Virus record (IMG/VR): IMGVR_UViG_3300030329_004481
Source of the DNA: a virus
Strand: one strand, 5' to 3'
DNA length: 64,000 nucleotides
Numbering within the stretch: the stretch's first letter is position 1; each line of letters starts with the position of its first letter. The position numbers and the translations under genes were made by a program. Under the pieces are notes generated by a model that did no database searches, was not told the DNA's origin, and saw only the letters and a list, made by a program, of their open reading frames with translations. Below are positions 18,030-27,742 of this stretch, piece by piece.

Positions 18030-19266
18030 AATAACCTTTCCACATTGGAAATACCTTTTCAAAATCATGTGATCTTAAATTATCAAGTTGTTTACCATAA
18101 TCAACAAAATCTTTAAAAAGTTTTATGTAATTTGGATCATCAACATTCATAAGATTGATCATTTGCCTTAACCTATCTTTTATTTGATCACTATAATTAT
18201 ATATTAACAAATAATTATTTAATTTTTCTGTAATTATTTTTTTAAGATTATTTGGTATAATGCTTGGATTAAAATAATGAGGAACGTGTACAGGATCAAG
18301 ATGAACAAAAATTTTTTCAGTTTTACACCATTCTAGTAATTCAGGAAGATAACCAATGTTTTGATTACTCACCGCAGTATTTAAAGCAAAATGAACTGAT
18401 GGATGATCATAAAATATTTCATTTATTTTAATCGCATTTGAACTTGTTAATTTCCATTTACTAGGTGGTCGTAAAAATTCATTTTGTTTTCCATAACCAT
18501 CAATACTTCCTAATAATGATACATGCTTAAATTTAGAAATTAAATATAAAAAATCATCTCTAACATTTTTTAAATTAGTATTAATTCTTAAAGAAACGTT
18601 TTTAGCATGATCTTTATCAACAAAAAATTTCAAAATATCAAAATATTCTTGTAATATCATTGGTTCACCGCCACTAACTTCCATATGTTCTATTACAGAA
18701 TAATTTTTTTTAATTAAATGAATAATTTCAGGATTTGATTTTACCCATTGAAATTTTAACTCATCATATCCATCATATTCCATTTGTAAATAATCAGTTA
18801 ATGTTTCTCCATTTTCAACTAGTTTAAAAATGTCTTTAGCTAACTGATTACTTGCACCAATCCAACACGTCCTACATTTTAAATTACATAAATTTCCAAA
18901 ATGTAAATCAAAACTTATAGGAAAATGATCAACTCTGCCATTTTGTTCAATAGCTTTATCAACTATATGTTTATAATTTTCATAAGGATATTTTTCATTC
19001 TCAGAAATTCTTTTTGATCTACCTCCCGCATTTTCTTCATCATAACATCTTTTGCAAGCTGGTACAAATTTCCCATTGAATAAATCTATTCTAGTTTGTT
19101 TAATATATGGATTGTTCCATACATTTTCAAATGTATCATTGTAAAATCCTTTTGTATATAGTCTATGGTCTTCTAATTTAGTAGTGCTTTTACAACAATT
19201 TCTTATTTGACCTTTGTTCTGTGTTGCTAATATTAAAAAAGGTGCAATACAAAATTTATTTTTCAT
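18019..19266 (-). CDS. N-terminal Twitch domain radical SAM protein
   Basis: FCIAPF..NCC..CKRC; CNLKCRTC; SGGEPM; NTNL; SIDG..EFLRPP. Confidence 0.87.
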   Translation of the reverse strand: MKNKFCIAPFLILATQNKGQIRNCCKSTTKLEDHRLYTKGFYNDTFENVWNNPYIKQTRIDLFNGKFVPACKRCYDEENAGGRSKRISENEKYPYENYKHIVDKAIEQNGRVDHFPISFDLHFGNLCNLKCRTCWIGASNQLAKDIFKLVENGETLTDYLQMEYDGYDELKFQWVKSNPEIIHLIKKNYSVIEHMEVSGGEPMILQEYFDILKFFVDKDHAKNVSLRINTNLKNVRDDFLYLISKFKHVSLLGSIDGYGKQNEFLRPPSKWKLTSSNAIKINEIFYDHPSVHFALNTAVSNQNIGYLPELLEWCKTEKIFVHLDPVHVPHYFNPSIIPNNLKKIITEKLNNYLLIYNYSDQIKDRLRQMINLMNVDDPNYIKLFKDFVDYGKQLDNLRSHDFEKVFPMWKGYYDY

Positions 19267-20137
19267 TATATAATTCTTTGATTGGTTTTCTTATATTAAT
19301 TCTATAATAATTAGATTTATCTCTCCTATATGCTTTCCAATCATTTTCATTACCCAAACCAATATGCATTGTATTTGTAGGATTTATTTTTATCTTTTCA
19401 CAAACTTCCAATTGCATAAATTTATAAGTCAAAGGAATTGTATCTGGACTAAAATTTTTCATTAACTCTAACCCTATGAATGTATTCAAATGTATTCCAT
19501 GTTTCCAATCAGTTTGTAATCCCAAACCACATTCTTTTGAATTGGTAAATAAAATACCATTTCTATAATTGCCACAATTCAATCCTTTAGTTGTACTAAA
19601 GGTTGCACCTATTATACAATCATGATTAAAATCAAATTCCAATCTTTCACAAGTCCCAAACCAAGCACAATCAATCAATACTTCCACATTTCTTCTATCA
19701 CAAATATTTAATAAATTAAATAAATCTTCAGGGTAAGATCCATTTCCGCTAAAAGGAATACTTATTATTAAAGTATCTTGATCTGTAAGATCATTATAAT
19801 CTACAATGAAATCATTATTATAATCAAAATCTGTGACGTCCCTATTATATGGATATTCGCCATGCAACAATCTTAATTTTTTATTTTTTAATTTTGTATA
19901 ATAATGAAACCAATCTAATGCTTGTGTTGTTCCTAAACTTATAAATCTTCTTTTAAATTTTTTCAATCCAAAAAAGTTATTTAATTTACTTGATCTGACC
20001 CAATCAATAAAAAAATTTAAATATTCATCTTGTACAATTGGTTGTTCTTTTAACCATTTTGATACACATTCAGATTCCTCCAAATATCCATAAAATTCAC
20101 TGTGTGAAATTGAATTACCTGACTTTTCTAATTTCAT
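19256..20137 (-). CDS. Minimal PLP-dependent fold-type I enzyme (aminotransferase/lyase-like)
   Basis: GTTQA, GEYPY, ISIPFSGNG, LIDCAWFG, FSTTKGL..YRNG. Confidence 0.72.
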   Translation of the reverse strand: MKLEKSGNSISHSEFYGYLEESECVSKWLKEQPIVQDEYLNFFIDWVRSSKLNNFFGLKKFKRRFISLGTTQALDWFHYYTKLKNKKLRLLHGEYPYNRDVTDFDYNNDFIVDYNDLTDQDTLIISIPFSGNGSYPEDLFNLLNICDRRNVEVLIDCAWFGTCERLEFDFNHDCIIGATFSTTKGLNCGNYRNGILFTNSKECGLGLQTDWKHGIHLNTFIGLELMKNFSPDTIPLTYKFMQLEVCEKIKINPTNTMHIGLGNENDWKAYRRDKSNYYRINIRKPIKELYNEK

Positions 20138-21254
20138 CTAAAATCTTTGTTTTTTCTATAAATTTATCATACAAATGTGACCAATCTTCATCAATATATT
20201 TTAACAATCCTTCAACCTTTGGTTTGTGTATATAAGGTTCTAATATTTTTTTAACTTTTAATTTTTGTTCATAAGGTAATACTCTTACATTCAAATAGTC
20301 TGGATGATTTAATATATTCAAATAAGGATCTATATTATATTGATCAAAATAATTAAATATTTCAGGTAGATGCATAATATTATGAATTTGTACTGTTGTG
20401 TGAACTTGTAAAGACACATTCATGTCAATAAATGATTTTAATTGTTTTTCAATATTTTTCCAATTTGAAGGATATCTAATATAATCATTAATTTTTCCTA
20501 TACCATCTATTGAGGCATTCATTTTTATTTTTTTAAAATGTTTCCAATATTCAATCATCTTTCGAGGAATATTTGTCAGATTTGAATTATATTTCAATGT
20601 TATATTTTTAGCCAATCCTTTATCTATACATATATCAAATAATTTATATTGTTCAACTGCTAATGTTGGTTCTCCACCAGTAAGATAAATCATTTTAACT
20701 GTATTTAAAATTGGAATTAAATTTTTCCATGTTGAAGGATCATTTGGCCAATCCATTTTTGATAAACGTATTTTTTCATTTGGATCGTTCCAATTTTCAA
20801 TCAATTCCCAATCTTTCACCCATTGATTACTTGCATAAGGATTGCACATAATACATTTAAGGTTACATAGATTACCTAATCTCAAATCCACATATGTTAT
20901 ATTTAAATCAGGACTAACAGTTTTTTGATATTCAAACATCCATTGCTCATTCCACGCATTTCTCGCACTTCTTAATCCTGAATCTTCTTCCCTAAAACAC
21001 CTCTCACACATTTCTGGACGTTCATTATTTAAAAATTGTTTTCTTATTTTTTGATATGTTTCTGAATTCCAAACTTCTTTTATATCATCTTTATACACTT
21101 TATACGGAGTGCCGTCATGTTTTAAAATGAAATTTTTTCCTGGAGTGCTATTACAACACACTCTATAATTTCCTGATGAATTTGTTGCCAAATGCATCCA
21201 AGGCAATATACAAAAATTATTTGGATATATTTTTTTCAACATCCACAAATCCAT
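20115..21254 (-). CDS. N-terminal Twitch domain radical SAM protein
   Basis: FCILPWMH..RVCC..CERC; CNLKCIMC; TGGEPT; SIDG..DYIRYPSNW. Confidence 0.9.
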   Translation of the reverse strand: MDLWMLKKIYPNNFCILPWMHLATNSSGNYRVCCNSTPGKNFILKHDGTPYKVYKDDIKEVWNSETYQKIRKQFLNNERPEMCERCFREEDSGLRSARNAWNEQWMFEYQKTVSPDLNITYVDLRLGNLCNLKCIMCNPYASNQWVKDWELIENWNDPNEKIRLSKMDWPNDPSTWKNLIPILNTVKMIYLTGGEPTLAVEQYKLFDICIDKGLAKNITLKYNSNLTNIPRKMIEYWKHFKKIKMNASIDGIGKINDYIRYPSNWKNIEKQLKSFIDMNVSLQVHTTVQIHNIMHLPEIFNYFDQYNIDPYLNILNHPDYLNVRVLPYEQKLKVKKILEPYIHKPKVEGLLKYIDEDWSHLYDKFIEKTKILDEIRKVR

Positions 21255-21942
21255 ATTCTAATATTGATTGTATAGATTTATTATAACAACTAAAAAAATG
21301 AGGTGCTTTTCTCCACGCAAATGATTCTGGATCAATTAACAACAATTTATCATTATCTAAACAAAGAACATTTTGTTCTGCAATATCATTATGAAAAAAA
21401 TAAAATGTTTCTAAATTATCATGAAACTGGTCAATTGGTTCTTGATTAATAAAAACTAATCTTTCATATGTACCTAGATATGGATATTTAAAATATTTAA
21501 ACATATCAACATACCAACTTGTAAATTCATTCATTACGTAAAGAAAAAATTCTTTATGTTCTTTTTCATTATCCAACATTGATACTAATTTATCATCCAA
21601 TTGCATAAAATTATCATGTTTTTCTAAAACTATTAAAAAAAGATCTGGATCTTTAAAAAGAGGAAAATGACCGTGAACTTTCACCAAAAAATTAAATTTT
21701 TCAGATACTTCTTTATATTCATTATATTCTTCAGATGGAAAATCTTTAACAATTTTTAAAAAATAATTATCATATTGAGTTACATCAACAACTTGATTCA
21801 CTTTATTGAAAATATCTTCAATTGAATATTTACTTGTATTTTGAATATTATCATGAAAAATAGTTGCAGAATAAATGATATCTTTTTGTGCTTTATTCAT
21901 TTCAACATAATAATCCATAATATTCTTTCGGCAATATATCAA
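21217..21942 (-). CDS. APH/choline-kinase-like phosphotransferase (true start possibly 21918)
   Basis: YFLKIV (ATP-binding Lys), FHNDIAEQNVL (Brenner HxDxxxxN), LLIDPE. Confidence 0.7.
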   Translation of the reverse strand: MIYCRKNIMDYYVEMNKAQKDIIYSATIFHDNIQNTSKYSIEDIFNKVNQVVDVTQYDNYFLKIVKDFPSEEYNEYKEVSEKFNFLVKVHGHFPLFKDPDLFLIVLEKHDNFMQLDDKLVSMLDNEKEHKEFFLYVMNEFTSWYVDMFKYFKYPYLGTYERLVFINQEPIDQFHDNLETFYFFHNDIAEQNVLCLDNDKLLLIDPESFAWRKAPHFFSCYNKSIQSILEYGFVDVEKNISK

Positions 21943-23311
21943 TAATTTTAATTCCTGTATGATTTTCTCTAACTTTTATGTAATTCCAAAATTGTTGTTT
22001 ATATTTCCACTCCACATATTTTTTTGAATTTTTTAATAAAGTTATAATATCTAAGTATTCTTGCATACATAGATTTTTAAAACTAACAGATTCAACTTTA
22101 TTAAAAATATCAAACGCTTTTGATTCAAGAAAATCAATTAAAAATTCTTTAGTTTGTTTATCTAAATATTCAACATTTAAAAATTCATTATCACCAATAC
22201 ATTGATTTAATGATATTCCAGGAGCTGAGTCCTTATATTTTTCATTATATTTTTCAATAAGTTTTATTATCCATTTTACAAAATCTGGTAAGGTCATTAT
22301 GTTTATTGTTGAATATGCTGAATTAAAATGTAAATTAAAATTTCTCCATTTTCCGAATTCATAATCATTACCATTAAATTGATAATTTTCAATTATGTAA
22401 TTAACATTTCTATCAATCAGGTTCCAATTTCCCGGCCATCTTGTAAAATTATAAGTTCCGCCATACCCATCAAGACTAGCTGAAATTTCTGCAGTTTCAA
22501 ATTTTGAAAGTATGTTAAGTTTTTTTCTTGAAATTTTTGTCAAATTACTACAAAAAGATAATTTAATATTTTTGGACAATTTTTTTTCAATAAGGTCTTC
22601 AAATTTTTTCCATAAAGAATTGATTATAAATGGTTCTCCGCCTGTTGAATATAAGTGTCTTATATTTGAATCCATTGAATCTAAACTTTTTAAAAAAACA
22701 TCGCTATCAGTCCAAGAAATTTCTTTTGATTTTGAATTTAATTTATTAACAGTATTTAATTTTTTAAGTGACTCATCACTAAAAACTGACTCATTTCCCA
22801 ATTCAATTTGTTTATTCATATAATTTTGTAAACTAGTACTATTGAGAGGATGACACATAATGCATGATAAATTACATTTTGCACTCAATTTTATATCCAA
22901 ATAATATGGCAAATCACTTACATTATAATTTTCCATTGATTCCACACGTCGTTTTACAAGATTGCCATTACCATCATCAATAATTTGAATTAAATTTTGA
23001 TTTTGTCTATAACTTACAGTTTTTCCATTTTTTTCTTCTCTATAGCATTCACTACAATTAATTACCTTTTTACCATTCATCATATCTTTTCTAATGCTTT
23101 TCATATGATCACTATTCCATACTTCTTCTACACTATGAATTGAGGTATGTGTTTCTTGACCATCATTTGAAAAAATTGGATGTTCTGCTTTACAACACAA
23201 TTTATAAAATCCACTAGTATCAGTAGATATGTGTATCCAAGGAAAAACACAAAATGTATCAGTATTTTTAATAAATTTTTTCAAAAATTTTTCTGTTTTC
23301 TCTACTTTCAT
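21902..23311 (-). CDS. N-terminal Twitch domain radical SAM protein
   Basis: FCVFPWIH..LCC..CSEC; CNLSCIMC; TGGEPF; SLDG..NFTRWP. Confidence 0.88.
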   Translation of the reverse strand: MKVEKTEKFLKKFIKNTDTFCVFPWIHISTDTSGFYKLCCKAEHPIFSNDGQETHTSIHSVEEVWNSDHMKSIRKDMMNGKKVINCSECYREEKNGKTVSYRQNQNLIQIIDDGNGNLVKRRVESMENYNVSDLPYYLDIKLSAKCNLSCIMCHPLNSTSLQNYMNKQIELGNESVFSDESLKKLNTVNKLNSKSKEISWTDSDVFLKSLDSMDSNIRHLYSTGGEPFIINSLWKKFEDLIEKKLSKNIKLSFCSNLTKISRKKLNILSKFETAEISASLDGYGGTYNFTRWPGNWNLIDRNVNYIIENYQFNGNDYEFGKWRNFNLHFNSAYSTINIMTLPDFVKWIIKLIEKYNEKYKDSAPGISLNQCIGDNEFLNVEYLDKQTKEFLIDFLESKAFDIFNKVESVSFKNLCMQEYLDIITLLKNSKKYVEWKYKQQFWNYIKVRENHTGIKIIDILPKEYYGLLC

Positions 23312-24709
23312 CTATAACAAACCTTTCATTTCAGGAAAAGTCTCTTTAAAATTAGTACCACGAATTCTATCCATAATTGTAATATATTCTACAAATTCGA
23401 CCATTCTATTTGACCAATTTTCTGATTTCATAAATGTTATCAATCCTTTAAGTCCTTTTAATCCATAGTTTGCATTTTTCCATTCATCAAAAGATACCTT
23501 ACCTTTATACCAAGATGGAATGCCTTTTTCCCAATTATTCTTCCACCACCCATAAAAATCAACATATTTTAAATGACAATCATCTTTAAACCATTGAGGT
23601 AAAATTTTTACATTTAATTGTGGTGGATGATATACAAAATGATAATTAATAGCACCAGCTCCAAATGGCCACATATTGATTTTTTTAAATCCTTCATCTA
23701 ATTTCCATTTTATAAAATCTGGTATATAATATATGTTCAATGCTTGAACTGCACACGCAAGAGTAACTTCAACATTATCATCTGTATTATCAAGTAGATG
23801 CATTTGTTTTACTTGATGATCCCATTTACTAGGATATCTTATATAATCATTCATAACACCAATAGAATCAATACTGTAATGAAATCTTACACGTTTAAAT
23901 TTATCCCATAATTTAAACAATCTGTCTGGCATTTCAACGCCATTACTATTGTATCTCAATTCAATTTGTTCAGCATATCCCATTTCAATTACTTTTTCAA
24001 GTAAAGTATAATGTTCTTCTATTATAGTACTTTCACCACCAGCAAAGTATAATTGATAAATGTTGGGTATCTGGCCATATAAATCATCCCAAAACTTAGG
24101 ATTATTTTTATACCAATTATATGAAGCACCATGTTCATCTTTACCACCACCATGCCATTGTGCTGTATATTTTAATGATTCACTTTTTACTTGTGGATAA
24201 TATTCTTTCCAATCTGAAACCCATGCTGAAGAATCATGTGGACTGCACATAATACATTTTAAATTACATTTAGAACCTAAACGTAAATCAATATATCTAA
24301 TTTTTGGTGGAATTTCACCATCCTCTTTTGTTTCACTTAAAATATCATCTAAACTAAATCTTTCTAACCAATATCTAGTTTCCCATGTTCTTTTTGATAA
24401 ATGTCCCGCATCTTCTTCTTTAAAACATTTCATACAACTATTGGGTCTTTCTCCCGCAAGCATTTGTTTTCTTACATTCTTCATATAAGAATTATTCCAA
24501 GATTCATTTAATCCTGCTACATTTAAATTAGCAGGTTTACCATCTTCTGTACGAAGTTCACCAACCTTGCCTCCATGTTGTTTATAATCAGTCTTTCCTA
24601 CAGAAGATGCGTTTGCGGTACAACAAACCCTCATTGCTCCATCAGGCCTTGTACTAAGGTGCATCCATGGCAATGCACAAAAAGTTTCACTTGGTAATTT
24701 TATTGCCAT
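23312..24709 (-). CDS. N-terminal Twitch domain radical SAM protein
   Basis: FCALPWMH..RVCC..CMKC; CNLKCIMC; AGGES; NSNG; SIDS..DYIRYPSKW. Confidence 0.9.
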   Translation of the reverse strand: MAIKLPSETFCALPWMHLSTRPDGAMRVCCTANASSVGKTDYKQHGGKVGELRTEDGKPANLNVAGLNESWNNSYMKNVRKQMLAGERPNSCMKCFKEEDAGHLSKRTWETRYWLERFSLDDILSETKEDGEIPPKIRYIDLRLGSKCNLKCIMCSPHDSSAWVSDWKEYYPQVKSESLKYTAQWHGGGKDEHGASYNWYKNNPKFWDDLYGQIPNIYQLYFAGGESTIIEEHYTLLEKVIEMGYAEQIELRYNSNGVEMPDRLFKLWDKFKRVRFHYSIDSIGVMNDYIRYPSKWDHQVKQMHLLDNTDDNVEVTLACAVQALNIYYIPDFIKWKLDEGFKKINMWPFGAGAINYHFVYHPPQLNVKILPQWFKDDCHLKYVDFYGWWKNNWEKGIPSWYKGKVSFDEWKNANYGLKGLKGLITFMKSENWSNRMVEFVEYITIMDRIRGTNFKETFPEMKGLL

Positions 24710-25770
24710 TGCGCTTTATACGCATCAAACCCTGTACCACATTTGTTAGCACAGACTTTTAGTTTACCTTCCTTTACACTGGAACATGACCAAGAATTTT
24801 CAATCATATTAAAAAAATCTCCTTCAATTATATCTTTCAGTTCATTATATATAGCATTTATATTGTTGGCGTCTTTGATCATATTCCATATTGGTGCTTC
24901 TTTTGGTTTCCAATACCATTTATATTGCTGTCCACCCAACCAACAACAAGGGAAAATATGACCTTCAGCAGTGACAAATATTTCTGATTTTTCAATAGAT
25001 TTACAATTAATATCAGTAACATCATAATAATGATCCATACTTCCATACTTATTAACTAGATCCTTTTCTTGCTTTAACGCACTATTGATATACTCATCTT
25101 TTGGTTTTTCTAATTTTTGTGTTTCTTGTCCTTTTCTATTCATTCCTTGGTGAGATTCTTTTCCTTCATGTTTAACAGTAGAAAAAAATCTTCCTGTTTT
25201 CTTTGTTCTAAAATCATCAAACCTCATCTTTTTCGCTAACTCTCTTGCTTCTTCTATCTGATGTTGATTGTGGTCAAATATGATGAATTCCCAACGTGCT
25301 CTACCACCTTTAGAAATAAATGCAGCAGAATTTTTCATACAGTTTTCCCAATTAACACCTTGTCTATATAAATGATTTGTATCACCCAAACCGTCAAAAG
25401 AAAAAGTAACATGACCTTTTCTTCCCATGATAATTGCTAACTCTTTCCACCATTCAACATCTTGTGCACCACCATTTGTATTCATTGAAAGATGCATATT
25501 GTTATTTTCAATTCTAAAATATTCTAAGCCATAAATACTATCATGTGAAATACATGGATCACCAAGATTACCACACATATACATATGATCCAATTGTTTA
25601 ATAAATTCTTTTCTAAATATTATATGATAATCTAAAGTACTTAATTCTGCACCTGTGAGATATGGATTATCTTTACCGCCATTTATATTGCGATCGCATT
25701 GAAGACATGCTGCTTGACATTTTTGTGTGGGTTCAATATGAACACTTTTAATATCAGAATATTTTAACAT
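24700..25770 (-). CDS. Radical SAM protein with C-terminal SPASM/Twitch domain
   Basis: CQAACLQC; CGNLGDP; NTNG; FSFDG..HLYR; C-terminal CKS..GHIFPCCW..CANKCG. Confidence 0.87.
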   Translation of the reverse strand: MLKYSDIKSVHIEPTQKCQAACLQCDRNINGGKDNPYLTGAELSTLDYHIIFRKEFIKQLDHMYMCGNLGDPCISHDSIYGLEYFRIENNNMHLSMNTNGGAQDVEWWKELAIIMGRKGHVTFSFDGLGDTNHLYRQGVNWENCMKNSAAFISKGGRARWEFIIFDHNQHQIEEARELAKKMRFDDFRTKKTGRFFSTVKHEGKESHQGMNRKGQETQKLEKPKDEYINSALKQEKDLVNKYGSMDHYYDVTDINCKSIEKSEIFVTAEGHIFPCCWLGGQQYKWYWKPKEAPIWNMIKDANNINAIYNELKDIIEGDFFNMIENSWSCSSVKEGKLKVCANKCGTGFDAYKAQWQ

Positions 25771-26512
25771 GACAAATTTTTTCTGTTTAAAATGGGGAAC
25801 AAAATATTCACCAACATATGTGAATAGATTATTTAATTCACTTAAAGTAAATTATAACCATTCTTTTAATTTTCATTGTCTTACAGATAATTCTGATGGA
25901 TTGAATAAAAATATTGAAATAAAACCAATACCCAAAACATTTTCAGAATATCCAAGAACACAAATTTTTACTTCTGAAAAAATGTGCTACTTCCATGACT
26001 ATGCTTATTTATCTGGAAAGAAAGCATGGTTTGATTTAGATATACTAATACATGGTAACATAACAAATCTAATTAATCAAGAACACAAAAAAATAAAATT
26101 TATATGGAATTATTGGAGAGATCCATGGTCTTCAATAAAAAATTATGGATTCTTAACAACACCAATCAATTCATCTTTTGTTGCATGGCAAGATGATGTT
26201 GGACAAGATATATATGAAGAACTAATAAAAAATAAAGAAAAAGCATTTTTTACTTATCCATCATTTGACAAATACCTGTTTTATCAACCACATAGAAAAA
26301 ATAAAATAAATTTCTGGCATGAAGGAATTGTTTATAATTACAATGTAGGTGCAAAATATCCACACAACTTATTCCCAAAACAATATATGAAAGATTATAA
26401 AATATGCCTTTTTAATACTTCTCATAAAGCATGGGCTAGATCAAATGAAACACACTTTGAGTTACATGAAACTGATGATTGGGCAAAAGAAATTTGGGAA
26501 AGTTATGTTTGA
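25769..26512 (+). CDS. GT-A fold glycosyltransferase-like protein
   Basis: CLKWGTKY..YVNRL, FHCLTD, WFDLDILI (DxD), INSSFV, ICLFN. Confidence 0.72.
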   Translation: MTNFFCLKWGTKYSPTYVNRLFNSLKVNYNHSFNFHCLTDNSDGLNKNIEIKPIPKTFSEYPRTQIFTSEKMCYFHDYAYLSGKKAWFDLDILIHGNITNLINQEHKKIKFIWNYWRDPWSSIKNYGFLTTPINSSFVAWQDDVGQDIYEELIKNKEKAFFTYPSFDKYLFYQPHRKNKINFWHEGIVYNYNVGAKYPHNLFPKQYMKDYKICLFNTSHKAWARSNETHFELHETDDWAKEIWESYV

Positions 26513-27026
26513 ATTAAAATACAATACACCAAAAGAAATACATTATCTTATTGATTGGTCATGCAATGATAACAACAGATTGATAACAAAAAACTTATAT
26601 GAAACAATAATAAATTTTTATAATGATGAAAGAATTAATTTTTTATGTAGTTGGTTTTGTGGATTAGAATATGAACATTTTGATAAGATGGGATTCGATT
26701 GCCATTATTATGATGTTGATGAATATGTTTGTAAAGCTAATAAAGAATTAACAAATAAAGTCTATAATGTTGATGTAATTTTTGATGAAGTTAAAATTGA
26801 AGAAGGATTATATGTAAACAAATTTTGTGAAGACACATATCCTATCGGAAAAATTTATAAAGGTGAATTTGTCTTAATAGGATCAGACAATGATCATTTA
26901 GCATGTATAAATCAAATACATAATATAGATACATTAATAGAACAAAATGAATTGACCAAAATTTATTCTACAAAAACATTTAAAGGTTTATTTAACTATT
27001 ACATGGTGGCAGGATGCAATTTATAA
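26505..27026 (+). CDS. Hypothetical protein, degenerate methyltransferase-like (paralog of 27014..27742)
   Basis: FLCSWF..YYDVD..VNKFCED..CINQI..NEL aligns by eye with IIGGWF..FYEID..INTSCEH..HINCV..NEI of the next gene. Start moved to ATG 26505. Confidence 0.45.
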   Translation: MFELKYNTPKEIHYLIDWSCNDNNRLITKNLYETIINFYNDERINFLCSWFCGLEYEHFDKMGFDCHYYDVDEYVCKANKELTNKVYNVDVIFDEVKIEEGLYVNKFCEDTYPIGKIYKGEFVLIGSDNDHLACINQIHNIDTLIEQNELTKIYSTKTFKGLFNYYMVAGCNL

Positions 27027-27742
27027 ACATAGTAAAAGACATTGAAAAGATTGATAAAGAAGATTTAGATCTTAATTATGAAATAGGACAATTACAAAAG
27101 AAAAAGGGCAAATTACTTCATGAAAGAAATAAAATATCTAAAGATTATAAAAAAAGTCCATATTATTTTATTAAAAAATGGATTACCAAATTTCATCCAC
27201 ATTTACTAGAAAGTTACAATGATTCCATCTCAGATGGGCAATATAAATCAAAAATGTGGTTAAGAAGTGCTCTTAAAAATATACAACAACCACAACATCC
27301 ATTACATATAGAAATAATTGGTGGATGGTTTGGATTTCCTTTGATTGAAATGCTTGATTTTTTAAAAATAAAACAAATAGACTTTTATGAAATTGATGAG
27401 GATTGTAAAAAAGTTTTAGTCCAATATAGAAACAAATTTAAATATGATTTTAAAATTGTTGAATTTGAAAATTATTTTGAGAGAGAAGAATTGAGAAGAC
27501 GTGATATCATAATAAACACATCATGTGAACATATGGATGATATATCAAAAATGAAAAAGTATTATAAAAATAAACCCCTTTTAGTTCTACAATCAAATAA
27601 TTATTCTGAAATTGATGATCATATCAATTGTGTACAATCTTCAAATGAATTAAAAAGTAAAAATGAAATAAACATAAGTTATTATGCACAAGCATTACAA
27701 TTGGAAAAATATACAAGATACATGGCAATAGGTCAATGGTAA
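27014..27742 (+). CDS. Class I SAM-dependent methyltransferase-like protein
   Basis: GQYKSKMWL, IEIIGGWFG (motif I-like), FYEID, IIINTSCEHM, LVLQSNN. Confidence 0.6.
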   Translation: MQFINIVKDIEKIDKEDLDLNYEIGQLQKKKGKLLHERNKISKDYKKSPYYFIKKWITKFHPHLLESYNDSISDGQYKSKMWLRSALKNIQQPQHPLHIEIIGGWFGFPLIEMLDFLKIKQIDFYEIDEDCKKVLVQYRNKFKYDFKIVEFENYFEREELRRRDIIINTSCEHMDDISKMKKYYKNKPLLVLQSNNYSEIDDHINCVQSSNELKSKNEINISYYAQALQLEKYTRYMAIGQW

